A stretch of DNA of 64,000 nt from Felis catus. Its lineage: Eukaryota. The first letter of the stretch is position 1, and the number at the start of each line of letters is the position of its first letter. The DNA lies in the NCBI RefSeq assembly GCF_018350175.1, contig NC_058368.1, positions 74,216,001 to 74,280,000 of the forward strand. The letters run 5' to 3'. The translations under genes were made by a program, and so were the position numbers. Positions 11,567-25,299 of this stretch are shown here, piece by piece. Below the pieces are notes generated by a model. The model searched no databases, was not told where the DNA came from, and worked only from the letters and a program-made list of their open reading frames with translations.

Positions 11567-14373
11567 ATAGACGCGCCATTTCTTACACAACCCAACGTCA
11601 CAGTAACAGAATCAGCAGTTTGCCAAACACAGACACTGTGCCCCACACGGAATTCATGCATCCAAACTTATTTATCAATGTCTTCAAAAGTGGAATTCAG
11701 AGAGAATTTGTGTGCAGATGATATTTGGACTGGGAGAATTTCTTACACAATCGCTGATCACGCATGTCCGTGCAATACACCCTAATACTAAATCATGCAA
11801 ATGTTTCGCAAGGCGGTAACATCTTTTGCTACTCTAGCCTGGCTTTATCGTGAAATTTCAATTTTGAAGTCGTCATGAGGCATTATTTCCAGGTGCTTTC
11901 TTCTGTGGTTCTTCAACTGATTTAGCTTGTGAGGACCTTGCTTTCCACAACCCACTTACACTTTTCAATATTTTATCAAAAAAGGAATTGTGACAGAAGA
12001 ACAAAGAGATAATTATATTCATGCTGACAAAGTAATAGTGCCTGTTATTTTCAGTGACGGGGCATGAAGGGTTCCTCCTGTTGACTGTGGGTACTGTTAT
12101 CTGCTGAGAAAGTCTATTCTACTACAGAAGCACATGTATAAAACCATTGGCATCTCATGCAGTGTTTCCTGGCTGGGCATAAAAATAGCTTATTACCAAC
12201 ACACCGTACAGTCAGCTTAGGGCCTCATAGTCATTCTCCTCTCGGTGACATCTATTTGTAAAGAAGTGCTTTCCCGATGGCGGAGTCAATGCATTACATG
12301 AGAATAAGCTTTGGATAACATTGCGGAGGAAAGAAACCATTGTCAACTTTGCCAGTCTCTGCTGTCAGCATTCGGATTTTTCTGGTGATCCAGGCAAAAG
12401 CCCAAATCCCCGGTCCTCACCTGGGAATTTCGAGCCAGTGTTTCATAAAAGTTGGCATCCCTATACATGGTCAAATTTTACAATTCCTTCTCCGGAGTAT
12501 ATCTTTAAAATTTCTGTTTGTATTAAATGGGTTGGGAAAGTATCTCTCACTTAAAAGGCACATGCTTTTATTTACAAAGTAAGTTATGTAACAAAATAAA
12601 TACCCACTTTTTCAGGTATTTGAAAATGTAATCAGGAAGAAAATTTAAGTCAGACAAGTTACTGTCTCTAAGAATTTAATCCTATGTAGTTTACTTTTAA
12701 TTTCTAACAGTCTCTCAGGACAATTGCCTTCCTGCCCTAAGTAACTACTTTGGGTGGTTTTTTTTTTTTTTTATAATTAAAATGTTTCTAATTTAAATTA
12801 TAAAAATGTATTATGTAAATATTATTTTCGCTTGCTAAAGAAGAATGAAGCCAATACCGTCAGTTCTTCAGGGAAATGTAGATTAGACTCCTCTAACTTT
12901 TCTTCTTAATAAACAATAAAATTCTTAAACGTTAATCTTAAATGTTAAGACCTTCATCACTCCATATTTCTCCATCATCCACTGTTACGAATTCGGTAAT
13001 CTTTTGACATCGACATGAATAATTTCGTTGTTTGTGCTTTGAAGTAAAATGACTTCCTTATTTTTGTTTTCTGAATATTTCAAGTACGTTATGAGATTTT
13101 TCTGTCTCTGGATGATTTCACTAAGTCGGGAAATGCTACAAGAGAGGCTGAGCTCATCAACTAAATCCCACCTACTAAATGTTCACTGTAATATATGCCA
13201 GATTTTAGAGCTTATGTGATCACTGTTTCAAATTATACTAGTGTTATGATAAAACAGACTAATTAAATATGTTTTTATTAGATCTTCAAGATTCAAATTG
13301 ATTCAGGATACTGGTAATGAATGGTAGAGTTGTTAGTGTAGCAATTAAGAAATATGTCATTTTATCTATGTCAGTATCTACTACGGAGCAAATTCATTAT
13401 GTACAATTTTGGGGTAAAGTAAATAAATATGTAAAACAGGAATATGGCAGACACAGTCAGATGCACATGCAGAATTAGAGGAGTATTTCATATTTAGAAT
13501 TATTTTACTCTGAACGTTTTAAAATTCTATTTGTCTCACAATTTTATAAAGAATAAAAATGTGTGTCAATTAATAATAATCCTGTTTTAAAAATTATTGT
13601 CCATAACACACTGTGCACCACAGTCATGGCCTAATAATCTCTCATTAATTTGACTTCCTATTTTGAGAAACAGAGTAACACATTATTGAACGAAAAACGG
13701 GCCTACACTACAAGGTAGTCACTCTCTTTCTAAACATCTTGAGTTAACTGTCTCCCTCTTTTCTACACTTTGGCCATTTGAGGAAGTTACTAATGAAAGG
13801 ACACATATAATGATATAAAGTTTTCCTGTTGTGCAGGAAATCACTCTGATGTGGTGACATCACCAGCTACCCTGCCAATCAAATTCTTCCAGGTATTGAG
13901 ACCAAAATCTCAGATACCAGATTAACGTGCTTAGATTGCATGACTTCTTAAGTCGATTTTAAATGGAGTCAAAGTGAAGTAAAAGAGACGGATAAGTTAA
14001 GATTCTCCAGGGCATCGGTAGGCAGAGAGGCCACGCATTTGAACCTGAGTTCAATGATAGAGTTTTCAGTACCATGGGTTGTCTCTCACATGGTGGTCAT
14101 GTTAGGCAGGTGAGCCACACTTGCTCTGTCGGAGAGAGGTGGGGCCAGCCTGGCCAAAGCTGTGCCTTTGTCATTAGCTACTGAAGAGCTATGATTTTCA
14201 CCTACGTATTTGGGCAAGTATACGCAGGGCCTCAAGAAACCATATGTGATGTTTCTAAAGAGCTTTGGACCTAAAGATGCACAGCTGTCAGCCCAGAGGT
14301 CATAGGACAATGACCTCATCTTTCCATTCTTTTCCATCTTTAAGTAAATTTTTATTTATTAGATCTTACTTTC

Positions 14374-14596
14374 TTTTTTTTAAAATTAGTGTTTATTTAT
14401 TTTTGAGGAAGAGAGAGAGAGAGAGACAGAGTGTGAGCAGGAGAGGGGCAGAGAGAGGGAGACACAGAATCCGAAGCAGGCTCCAGGCTCTGAGCTGTCA
14501 GCACAGAGCCTGACGCTGGGCTCGAACTCATGAACCAGGAGGTCATGATCTGAGCCGAAGTCAGACGCCTAACCAACTGAGCCACCCAGGCACCCC
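14374..14596 (-). mobile_element. Can-SINE (SINEC_Fc2-like)
   Basis: Full-length; TSD tagatctta(c/t)tttc at 14360-14373 and 14597-14610. Confidence 0.97.
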
Positions 14597-16158
14597 TAGA
14601 TCTTATTTTCTGTTGATTCGAAACTATCTTTAGCACGTCTTACGTCTTATTTTACTATTAATATTTATTACTTCTCATGAATTATGTCAAGGAACTTGTC
14701 ACCACACGATACAGAGTTAACAGTTCCTATAAGCCTCACTCATATCTCAAAAGCTTATAACTTATGTATTCTTTAGATTTAATGTTTTTTAGGAATTTTA
14801 CCCATCCTGTCTTTTTCCTTATCTTTTATGGGAAAATTGAATATGTTCAAATAAATCAGTAAACCTTTGTCATTGGTTGTTAAACATATCTTACAGATTT
14901 AAAGAATGGGTATCTATCTATCTATCATCTATCTCTTATCAAAACTCTCCAATTTCTGTGTTAATTGGGGGAATTTAAAACTATTTGTTAAAAAGGAACA
15001 AGAGAAGAGAAGGACTGCAGGTTGTTAACAGATGGCAGACAGAATGAGTCAAATCCTCACGCGTCACTTACTTTTTTCTTCTAGCTCAATATCTGGCACT
15101 TAATGTGCACTGAATAAATACTGGCTGAATAAATAAATAAGGTTGAATTTGTGAAGCAAAAGATGAGAGGTTGGTAGGGTTTTCCTAATTTGTCTAAGTA
15201 AGTTTCTTTCATGGCTGGTGAATACTAGCCCAGTTCCTTTAGAAGAAGTGCAGATATAATTGTTGAGCTTTACTTATTATTACTTTAGGGGTTGTGGATG
15301 ATGTGTTACGATATTCAAAAGAGGAAAAGAAAATCACACACACACAATAGCTGAGTGTGTCTGTTAATAATTTAACAGCAATGACACAAAACTAGAATGG
15401 ATCCAAGAATGATAGTCTTCAGCCGACACTGTTTCATGATCCTTTCAGAGCATCCCATGAGCACTGGGATGGGAATGTCAAGGAGGTAGACAACAGCCTT
15501 GGTCCAATTTGCTTACATTTCAATAGGTGATTTGATTTAAGGTTCCCTGATATCCTTGCGGGCAAGAAGGAAAAATATGGACCAAGTTATAATCCGTATC
15601 GAATATAGAATTCTATAGTGAACTAGATTATAGTACACTTTGGTTGATTTGCAACATAGACATATTCACAGAAAAACGTGGATAAGAAGCAATCTTTGGG
15701 GATATCAATATCCAACAGTTTTATTAAATTACTTGAATAGTACAGAGAACATGTATCACATGTACAGATGGCATCAGCTCAATGAGTTAGTGGATAAGTC
15801 GCCCAGTCCAAATGACAACACAATGTTCACAGCTTGTCATTCTCTTAGGTAGGACTTTGAAATGTGTGAATGATTTTGGGGAAGAACACCCAATGTCTGT
15901 CTTTTAATTTGTTTATTCAAACTTTTGATATTTATAGTGATTATAGGGATCGATAACCACCATTTTGGGAACTGTTTGCAATTCATTGCATTTGCTGCTT
16001 GTTTCTCCCCCTTCCGTCTCTGTCTTTCTGGTTTTGATTGACTATTTTATAGAATTTCATTCAATTTCTTCTTTGAGCATATACTTTCTGCTTCTTTGAA
16101 AGCCTATTTGGTGGTGTCCCTAGAATTTACAACATACATTTTTAAGTAATCGAAGTCC

Positions 16159-16193
16159 ATCGCTTCTCGGCCTTTTGGCTAAGATCAAGTGTA
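16159..16193 (+). pseudogene. RNU2: 3'-truncated (tailless) U2 snRNA retropseudogene, U2 nt 1-35
   Basis: atcgcttctcggccttttggctaagatcaagtgta is identical to the U2 5' end; perfect TSD aagtaatcgaagtcc at 16144-16158 and 16193-16207. Confidence 0.95.
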
Positions 16194-18237
16194 AGTAATC
16201 GAAGTCCACTTTGAAATAACATTACAAAGCTTCATCTATACTGTATGTGTATTATAATAGCATTTTCTCATTCCTCCCTCTGACATTTTTTATTTCATTT
16301 ATTGGTCAGCTACACAGATCAAGACACATTGTCACCAGTTTTGTTTCACATAGGAATTTTCTGTTAAATCAATTAAAATCTATAAACAATAAGGAATTTT
16401 ATTTTGCCTGCATTTGTTCCCTCTCTTATGTTTTTCTTTATGCACATCCATGTTTATGACCTATTAATATTTTCTCCTACCTGAAGAAACTTCAGCATTT
16501 CTTGCTCAGCAGTTCTGCTAGGAATAATCCTTTCAATTTTTGTTCGTTTGACAAAGTCTTTGTTCTGCTTTAGTTTTGAAGTATATTTTCATTGAATATA
16601 GAATTCTAGATTGGCATATTTTTTTTTCCTTCAACACTAAAAATTTCACTCCACTCCTTGCTTACTTGGTTACTAAAGAGAAATCCACTGCAATTGTTTT
16701 TCTTGTGTCTCTATAGGGGAATTTTGTTTTTTTTCTCTCTCTCTAATTTCCTTCACCAGTTTCTCTTTGTCTTTGGTTTTCTGCAGCTTGAATACGATAT
16801 ACGTACAGACTCTCCTATATTTATACTGCTTGGTGTTCACTGAACTTCCTGCATCTGAGATGTGGTATGTGTCATTAAGTTTGGTAAGTTCTCAGCTGCT
16901 ATGGCTTTAGGTATGTCTTCTTTATTCTTTCTCCCCTGTGGGTCTTTCAGTTACAAATATGTTCTAAATTTATTTCACCCTGGAAAGTTTTTATTGACTT
17001 ATTTCCAACTTTACTCGTTCTTTCTTCAGCCATGCTGTCTTCTTACGATCTGGCTTGAGGCATTCTTTATTTCTCTTACACCGTTTTGTAGTTTTGTTTC
17101 ACTTTTTTAATTTTCAGCATTTCCTTTTGCTTCTGTGGCATGTTTTCATTTCCCTGCTTAAATTATGCATCTGATCTTACGTGTTGCCGGCTCTTATCAT
17201 TAGAGCCCTTAACTATCGTCATTGTAAATTCCCTGGCTGATACTTTGAACCTCATCTGAGGCATACCTGATTCTCATTTTGGTGACTGCTTTGTCTTTTC
17301 CACACTGGTATGTGTGTACGTACACACGTATGTAGGTGTGTGTGTTGATTTATTGGGTCTTTGGCATGTCTTGAACATTTTTTGAAAGCCAGCCATATCG
17401 CTTTGGATTAGAGGTACTGAAGTCACCAGGCATTTTGTCTGAGGATTTATGTTAACGCAGCTAGACGTTGGGCTGTGTTCAATGCCTGCCGTAGCTCAGT
17501 ACCAGTGGCTTCAAACTCCGGTGTGTCGGTTGTGCAGACCCTCAAGGCTTTGATTTTTTTCCCACGGACTGCTCCTCAGACAGAGGGTGGGTCCTCAAGC
17601 TGTTTCAGCTGGGACTTTTGTTATTAATCTGGAGCCTTGCTGATGGTAGGATATGAGCCAAGAAGTATTCCATAGTCTTCTGATTAAGCCTCAGCCTTTT
17701 TGTGAGCCTGTGTCTGAGGACTCCAGCTTTCACACGTGTGTCTATTTCTCTTCCATTGGTATAGTTTCCCCTCCTTAACCTGTCCCTCACCGTAGCGTTC
17801 TCAGTTTATTTCTGTGAAGCCCTGTCCCCTCTTAACTATGGTTTTTATGTACTAAAATCATCCCTCTTACTTTGTACAAGAAAGCCGGAGGGTGCTGAAG
17901 GGGTGAGAAATTGCCTTTCTCTGGCCGAGATAACATTTCTGAAGTGTGGGCTGGTGAGGTCCTTTACCGTGGAGAATAGGTCTTTGTTATGGCGAAGTCT
18001 CTGCTTTGACTACGTTGACTCATCCCTTCCTTTGGCAGAGTCAGAAAATAATCTTTCTTGGATCTTTACCGTGAGAAACTGGTGAAGGTCTTCAGGTAAA
18101 GAAAGCATCGTGGTCCCCTGTGACTGCAGTTCCAAGATTTTCTCTCCTGGGCGAGTTCATATTCGGCCTCCAGTAATTTGCCAGCGACATGTACGCTATC
18201 ATTAATAACGATAATAGTTAATAATGATTATCGTATA

Positions 18238-18454
18238 GGGGCGCCTGGGTGGCTCAGTTGGTTGAACGTCTGACTCCGGCTCAGGTCATGATCTCACAGC
18301 TTGTGAGTTCGAGCCCCATATGGGACTCGAAGCTGTCAGCTCAGAGCCTGGAGCCTGCTTCAGATTCTGTGTCTCCCTCTCTCTCTGCCCCTCCCCAACT
18401 CGTGCTCTGTCTCTCTCTCTCAAAAATGAATAAATGTTAAAAAAATTTAAAAAA
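18238..18454 (+). mobile_element. Can-SINE
   Basis: ggggcgcctgggtggctcag head; TSD taataatgattatc(g/a)tata. Confidence 0.97.
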
Positions 18455-19881
18455 TAATAATGATTATCATATACTTATCAATATGTGGCTCATAGTTTAT
18501 TGTCTACGGCTTCTGCTCCAGGTAAGGTTGCCATACCTCTCAACAAAGAATATTGATTATTTTGGAAGGAAATCTTGAGAAATAAGTGACCTGTGAATTG
18601 TCCATTGCAACCAAAGTGACCTTGACTAAATGAAACACCCCTTAAGTGCTGGAATGCCCATTATTCATCCTTTTATCACTCAAAGCACTTCATACTGAAC
18701 CTCAAGCGTAATAAGCTTTTAATATATATTTGATTGATTTGCTAATTGAAAGCAATCATTGAAGATAACAGGATTCCCATTTAAATGGGCCTGTAGTGGT
18801 CATACAGGCAACTTGAATAATATTAATATAATGTTCTTGTGATACTGCTTATGGAACTCTTTCACAACACTTAGATTGATTTGCTCCTACAATCTTAGTG
18901 TGAGGCGGGCAAGTACTATTCGTTTCAGTTAATCAATAAACTAGGTTGAAATTTTCACTTGCATCTTACTAAGGTAACATTGAATATTAGTAAGTTTTAT
19001 TAAGAATGGATTGCCCATTTTAACACACCTATTACTTAGGAGAACTTAAGGTAAAAAGATCAAAATTATTTCTGTGAAACTCAACCTTGGACACACCTAC
19101 ACAAATATTCACAATTATGTGTGATTAATCACAAGTAATTTATGTTATCTTAATTTACCTCTATCATTTTACTTCATGATTAACTATTGCCTTATACATA
19201 TTTGAAAGTGAGAATACATTTAACAAAACAATATTATCTACTTAAAATTTGATGAGTTCCGAGGCAACGTCTCAGTCATATTTAAAGCATATTTTTATGA
19301 AAGAAACTCACGCGAATACTTACAGAGGATAAACTGAAACATGTGAGAGATCCTTACTCTCCGTCTAGAGGCTTTCAACACTTTAAAGATCAGATTTAGA
19401 ACAGATTAGCAGGTGTGATTACAGGAAATATTACACAATTCAGGGAATATTCCATGTAAACTTCATGGCATTTTACCGAAATTCTAAGATGCGACCCTAT
19501 TTTCTTTTACATTCTCAATGGTCTTTTTAAAGTAATCTCTAATATTTGCTACATTAAATGGCCAAGGTTTTTAAAAAGACCCAAAACAAAAACACATTCT
19601 GCTTTATTTTTTTCTGTTCTGTGCAATGTATAAGCATTACTTCAATGCTCTTTATGTTTGGCAGATTAGTTTAGTTATGGCATCATAGGGTAAGCAGAAA
19701 TATTAAAAGCTCATTGGTGTCTGTTTGATCCAAGATCAGCACACAACTCCCTTCAACATGGGAGAAATCCACAGACTTCTCCTACTCCAGGGGTATATTT
19801 ACATCTTAATCATAAGATAGGATATGTTAATTGTATTTGGATGTTTTTTCCTCAGTTTCTGTAATTAAAATGGCAAATAAG

Positions 19882-19908
19882 TAATAATAATAATAATAAT
19901 AATAATAA
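19882..19908 (+). repeat. (TAA)n microsatellite in a probable MIR remnant
   Basis: Direct sequence; flanked by cctcagtttctgtaattaaaatgg. Confidence 0.8.
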
Positions 19909-20683
19909 AGCTGTAATGAAGTCCAAATTCAGCTCATGTATTAAAATGAATAAAAATCTCATGGCATTTGCATTTTGAAAAATGAAATCAAAAGCCAAAA
20001 GAGCACAGCCATTCCCAAATTCTTTCATGTTATAAAATTTGGTTTTACACTGATGACCTCAAACAGTACGTTCCATAAACTGGCTTACATGATTCAGATT
20101 TGATATTGAACTTGAAGTACACTCGATCATAAACTCAAGGGCAAAGGTGATACTGACAATCTACACTGCCAGGGCATTCTAGTTACACAAGTGCTTTCTT
20201 TTTTATGTGATAGAATGATGTGTCTAAGTTAACTAAATTTTATCTTGGTCAAGCAAGTTTCCTATGTTCCTTTTTAATGTGATGTTCATTGATAAATGGA
20301 GGTTATTCCACAGATTATTTTTCTTTCCCACTATTATGATTTTACAAGAACACATCACCCTCCGTATGCATAGGTTTGGGACTATACCCAACAATTCCAT
20401 CCCAAGAACAGCTTTATCTTTAAAGTGAAAATTTAATTTTGGTAAATATTAGTAAGGCTACCCAAGTCATGTGAGAGGAGGAGTGCACATAATGAAATCA
20501 AAACAATTTTCAGGGATACGTGGGCTGAGTACATTTTTCCTTACTTGAGATGTTTTAAAACATTTCAATAAGGAAAGGATAACATTCCTATTTATTCGTT
20601 CAATTTATTGATGACAGTGTATTTTGGCCAACTTACATAAAGACACTTTTAAGTCCTTCAACAAAAAGAATTCAATGTAGATA

Positions 20684-20728
20684 AAGAAGAAGAAGAAGAA
20701 GAAGAAGAAGAAGAAGAAGAAGAAGAAG
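20684..20728 (+). repeat. (AAG)15 microsatellite
   Basis: Direct sequence. Confidence 0.95.
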
Positions 20729-21122
20729 GTGATGATGACAATGGTGATGATTAGTATTTGTCTTTACAGTATACATCATCTATAAAATGTGGAGCAGCAG
20801 GCATTAGGAAGTGACTGTGCTATCCTTTTGTGAATATTTTGCACTTTGAGTCTCTTTAGCAGAGATTTGACTTTGACTTTCCGATGAACGGCTGTCATAC
20901 CCAATGTCTTGAGAGAGGTTTAGGAGAGAAAGAAGAGAGTACATTTCTCTTAAACATGACCTGAAATCGTTTCAAAATCCTTCAGACGACTGTTTGAAAT
21001 CCCAAACTTCTGTTATATTATAGTTAACCTTGAAAATGGAAAGATAATCATATTCTAGAGATGACCTAAAAGCCTTTGCCGTGCTGGGGCCCAAGCACGG
21101 GCCCTGCAGAGCGTGTGTTTCC

Positions 21123-21141
21123 CCAGCTGCAGATGGCGGCC
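21123..21141 (+). promoter_or_regulatory. Candidate CTCF site
   Basis: ccagctgcagatggcggcc is a close match to the CCASYAGRKGGCRS core, inside a GC/CpG-rich patch; motif only. Confidence 0.35.
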
Positions 21142-21889
21142 TCACTCACACCTCATCAGCATCACGTCTGTTCAACACACGTGTTCACGTGGGGCATTGA
21201 CACCAGCCTCAGAAAGGAAATAGAAAATCCAAATATTTTTACAGTAAAGATTATACCGTTTTGGAAATATAAGTTGCCTAATATGTTATTTCAATAAATG
21301 GGATTTTAAAATAAGGATTCTTTATATATATAGGGTAAAATCGTTTATATTATCTCTGAGGAGAAATTTGGGGTGTAAGTTAGAAATAAAATTGAAGACT
21401 ATGAATAATTTCAAAGTCAGAGGAGATTTATTCTACATGTTTAACTATGTAAAAAAAAAGGCTCACAAAATCACCGAAATACGCACATTTCCTTAGAGTT
21501 GCATGATGTCTAAGATCCCCATTTATAATCTTGGGATGAAATTCTCCTTACAAAATACTTAACAAAAATATTTATTTTTTATTTATATATAGTAATTAAG
21601 TAATAGTAAATATACAAATGCTTATATAGAGAAGCATAATACATTTATACACTTATTTACAAGTGTAGCTTATTTCTAATGTGATATAATAATTATATAT
21701 ACTACATATTATATCTGCATATAATGTGAATATAAAAATATGTTTTACTATTGCTATTCCTGAGCATTCTCTTGGGACATTCAAAGAGTAAATGTAATAA
21801 ATCCACAATACTTAAAACATTTTAGTCAAATTATGGATTTTCATGTTTGATCACAGAGCTACTGTTATAAATGCATCCGGAATAGTTAG

Positions 21890-22400
21890 GAGTTAGAGAA
21901 ATGGAAAAATACTGGATATGGAGAAATATCCTGATTTTCAAAAAGGAAGAAAACAATATTTTAGGAAATAAAGATAATTTTAGGATTTTTTTATAGGCAA
22001 TGATCTACTAAGCATATTATTCATACAGCAGAAGCCATTAAGCATAAATCAAGGGAAACTGAAATATTTTTGATATAGTTTGAGAGTAGAGCAACTGTGT
22101 ACCATCTGTGACCTTAGATGCATATAGAATTTTACAATTTTCTTTCAGATAAGAGGGACAGAGTGACGAAGTGACTGGAAGTGACGAAGTCAGAAAAAGT
22201 TACTGCTGGTTGAAAAGCTAAATAAATAGCATCGGTCATTTGGATAATGAAAAAAAAAAGGAATGTACAATTGTAAATTAGCAAGTGATACAAACACAAA
22301 GGACTTGTGGTTTATACGTTTTAACAGATATTTGAGAAAGAAATAAGCCATCGTTAATGGGATATAATTTTAGGAAGCTGAATGTAAATTTTAGGAAGCT
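21890..22400 (+). mobile_element. L3/CR1 fragment (5' piece)
   Basis: actggatatggagaaatatcctgattttcaaaaaggaagaaaa resembles the CR1 ORF2 PIFKKG motif region. Confidence 0.55.
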
Positions 22401-22402
22401 GA

Positions 22403-22883
22403 ATGGTAGGCTGAATAATGGCCCCTCTCCAAAAAATGTCCAACTCAAAATCTCTGGAATCTGGATTCACAACACTTTATAAGGAAAAAGAAATTTGTGA
22501 ATATAATAAATTCTTTTGGAAGGGGGGGAGATTATCCTGCATTACCTGGGTGAGTCCAATGTCATCTCAAGAGGGAGGCTGGAAAGTCAGAGTTATAGAA
22601 AGAAAGTTTGAGGATAGAAACAGAAGTCAGAAAAAAGAAAAAACCATGTTACTGGCTTGTAAGCTTGAGAAAAGGGTCACGAGTCAAGAATTGTAAGTGA
22701 CCTCAGAAGGTGAAAAAAAAAAAAAAGCAAGGAGGAAGATTATTTCCTATACCCTCCACAAAGAACGTAGCACAGTGGCCCATTTTAGATTTTGAACTCT
22801 GGAATTATAAAAGCATAAATCTGCGTTGCTAAAACACTAACTTTGTATTAAGTTGTTCACCTGCAATTGGGAAAACAATTACA
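22403..22883 (+). mobile_element. MLT1D-like MaLR solo LTR
   Basis: tggtaggctgaataatggcccc start, gagattatcctgcattacctgggtg, end aacaattaca. Confidence 0.8.
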
Positions 22884-22944
22884 AATCAGATAAATGTGTA
22901 TTAAATGGGGTCAGTATTGAAGCCGTTCATATGAAAAAGTTCCA

Positions 22945-24900
22945 AACTAATAAACATTTACTGAATATATTATTCTAAGTATTTGACATCAAGGATACAA
23001 AGATAAAACAGGGAGATCCTCTGGATTCAAGGTTCTGACAACAAACAACACTTACATGCAGTGTGGTAAGCGTGGTGTGGTTATAGGGTCACAGGAAGGT
23101 CTCCGAACCCCAGGTGAGTAGATGGGAAGCGATCAGCTTTGAAGAAGATACTAGGTCCTGGGAAATCCGTAGGCAACAGTATTGAGGGAAGGGATTTTCA
23201 GGCTAAGGGAATAGAGAGGGCAAAGTCCCCAAGACATGAAGCATCTCTAAGTATGTAAGGGAAATACAGAGTCTGTCTTTTTTTGTGCCACTACTTTGTG
23301 GCCTGAAACGGATGCTGGAGAAGATGACAGAGGTGTTTGCGTGTTACCCGAGTTCTGTTACAGATGATACAGTGACCACGTGATTTTTAAGAGAGAGGAA
23401 CAAAAATCTGATTTATATGGCAGAGAGAGGGCTCCAGAAGGAGAATGGCTGGGGTTGGAGAAGCCAACGTGAAGGCTAGAGCAGGTGTGTGAGTCAGGAA
23501 TGAAGGATAAAGCCCTACCGTAAAGCCATGGTGGTGAAAACAAGACAAAGGGACAGCTTTGAGAAATCAGATAAAACTGTGGAAACCGTGATCATTTAAT
23601 TGGATATGAATGAATACCTTATAGGATAACTCTCAGTTGTAGGGCTCAGGTAACTGGTCAGCAGATCAGAATTGAATTTAGGAACAGTTTAGAAGAGGAA
23701 TAATGTCATGAATTCAGATTCTGAAAGAAATATGATTAATTGCATTTTGACATACTAAAATTTCAATGTCTACTGGATATCGAAGTGACAATGTTTGATG
23801 AGCAAACTTATACATGCATCTGAATCTTTGTGAATGTAGCACAAAAGTCACAGTTGGAGATCTGATGTCACAAAAATAAGAGAGTGGATACAATTGTCTA
23901 AGTCAAAATATGTACAGATCAGAACAGAGGGAGAAGGCAATGTAACCAAAGAATCTCAACATCCCTTGTGATGAGATTAAAGGAAACCAGAGAGGTGGAA
24001 AATTTCAGAAAAAAGAAATGTAATAAAAATGAAAGGTTTGGGGGAAAAAAAATGGAACGGTTTGAGACTCTTATTATGTAAAGAATAGCGAAAAAAGTGC
24101 CAAATAATTTCAGTAAGATAAAATTTGTGATACTGATGATTTTGCCTGTGATGGTTTCCATGGCTTAGTGTGAGTTCAAGTCCTAAAGCAAGGATCTGGA
24201 CAGTGGCTCAGAACGGACGAAATTCTTACAGTGAGAGTAGTTGATTTTGTCAAAAATTTGGCTCAGTAGGAAAGAGATACTGATGGTGAAAAACAAGGTC
24301 AAGGGACATTTTCCTTTTTTTCCTTATCAAAGGGAAGACTGAAATAGACTCATGTAAAATAATCAGCAGGAAAAAGAATTTAAAAGTAGGAAGAGAAGAG
24401 GGGTGTTTGGGGCAGTTAAGCATCTGACTCTTGATTTCAGCTCAGGTCATGATCTTACAGTTCATGGGTCCGAACCGCTCATGGGGGTCTGCACTGACAG
24501 CACAGAGCCTGCTTGGGATTCTGTATTTCTCCCTCTCTCTGCCCCTCCTGTACTCTTTGTCTCTCTCTCTCAAAAAAAAAAAAAATTAAACATTAAAAAG
24601 AGTAGGAAGAGAAGAAGTAAATTGCACAGAGGGGAAGTAAACATAGCTGGAAGGATTACTTTTGGCAGGAATGAGACTTCATTACCAGAAAATGAAGAGA
24701 AGGAAGAGGGATGGTGTTCTGGATGGGGCTGATCAGAAGTGGAGACTGTTCCTCCCTGAGTTCTTCAGTTCTCTCTAGAAAAGGGGAAGGTGGGTCATCT
24801 ATGTAGATAAGAGCTCTTAGAGAAACATGGGAGTAGTCACTGGGGACAGTGGGGATTGAACCGGGGGAAAGAAGACAGAGATTCATGTCTTGTGAGGCTG
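22945..24900 (-). mobile_element. L2 3' region (diverged), interrupted by a Can-SINE
   Basis: aataaacatttactgaat antisense tail followed by purine-rich L2-like body; boundaries approximate. Confidence 0.6.
24400..24600 (+). mobile_element. Can-SINE
   Basis: Degenerate head, catctgactcttgatttcagctcaggtcatgatc; TSD agtaggaagagaaga. Confidence 0.93.
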
Positions 24901-25299
24901 GGGATGAACCTGTACGGACTGAGTTGTGAGAAGCCCCAGATCATCTGAAGATTAAAAAGAGAGAAAGCAAATTATAGAATGGGCTCAGGGGAGCAGTTTT
25001 GTAGATTGGGCCTAGCAGCCCTGGGGTGAAGGGCACGCAACACGAGAATGTCAAGGAGCAGTGACAAAACCATCAGGCTTGAGAAGACTAGGTAATCCGA
25101 AGCTTCTGAGCGCGACTCTCACGCTAACAGTCCCAGGAGGCCCAGCTTCACCGCGTCTGGAGGAGGCTTCTCCTCAGTGGCTGCTTCCTCACCCGGGTTC
25201 CTCAAACCGACAAGAAGCGCAAACACATGAGGTGGCTACCAGAGAAAGGAATCCTATTTAACCTACACCAACAGGGATTCAACCAATGAAAAGGAAAAT

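Larger units (their letters stand above)
15960..18530 (-). mobile_element. Old L1M (L1MC/MD-like) 5' region: UTR, ORF1 and spacer; hosts a U2 retrocopy and a SINE
   Basis: T-rich strand with gatattttcattgaatatagaattctag, ttggtaagttctcagc, cttatcattagagccctta; boundaries approximate. Confidence 0.7.

Noticed and set aside
11584..12000. Possible old DNA-transposon remnant
   Set aside because: I could not match it to any family or find terminal inverted repeats by eye.
16159..16193. Functional U2 snRNA gene
   Set aside because: Only the first 35 nt are present; it lacks the Sm site and 3' stem-loops and is flanked by TSDs.
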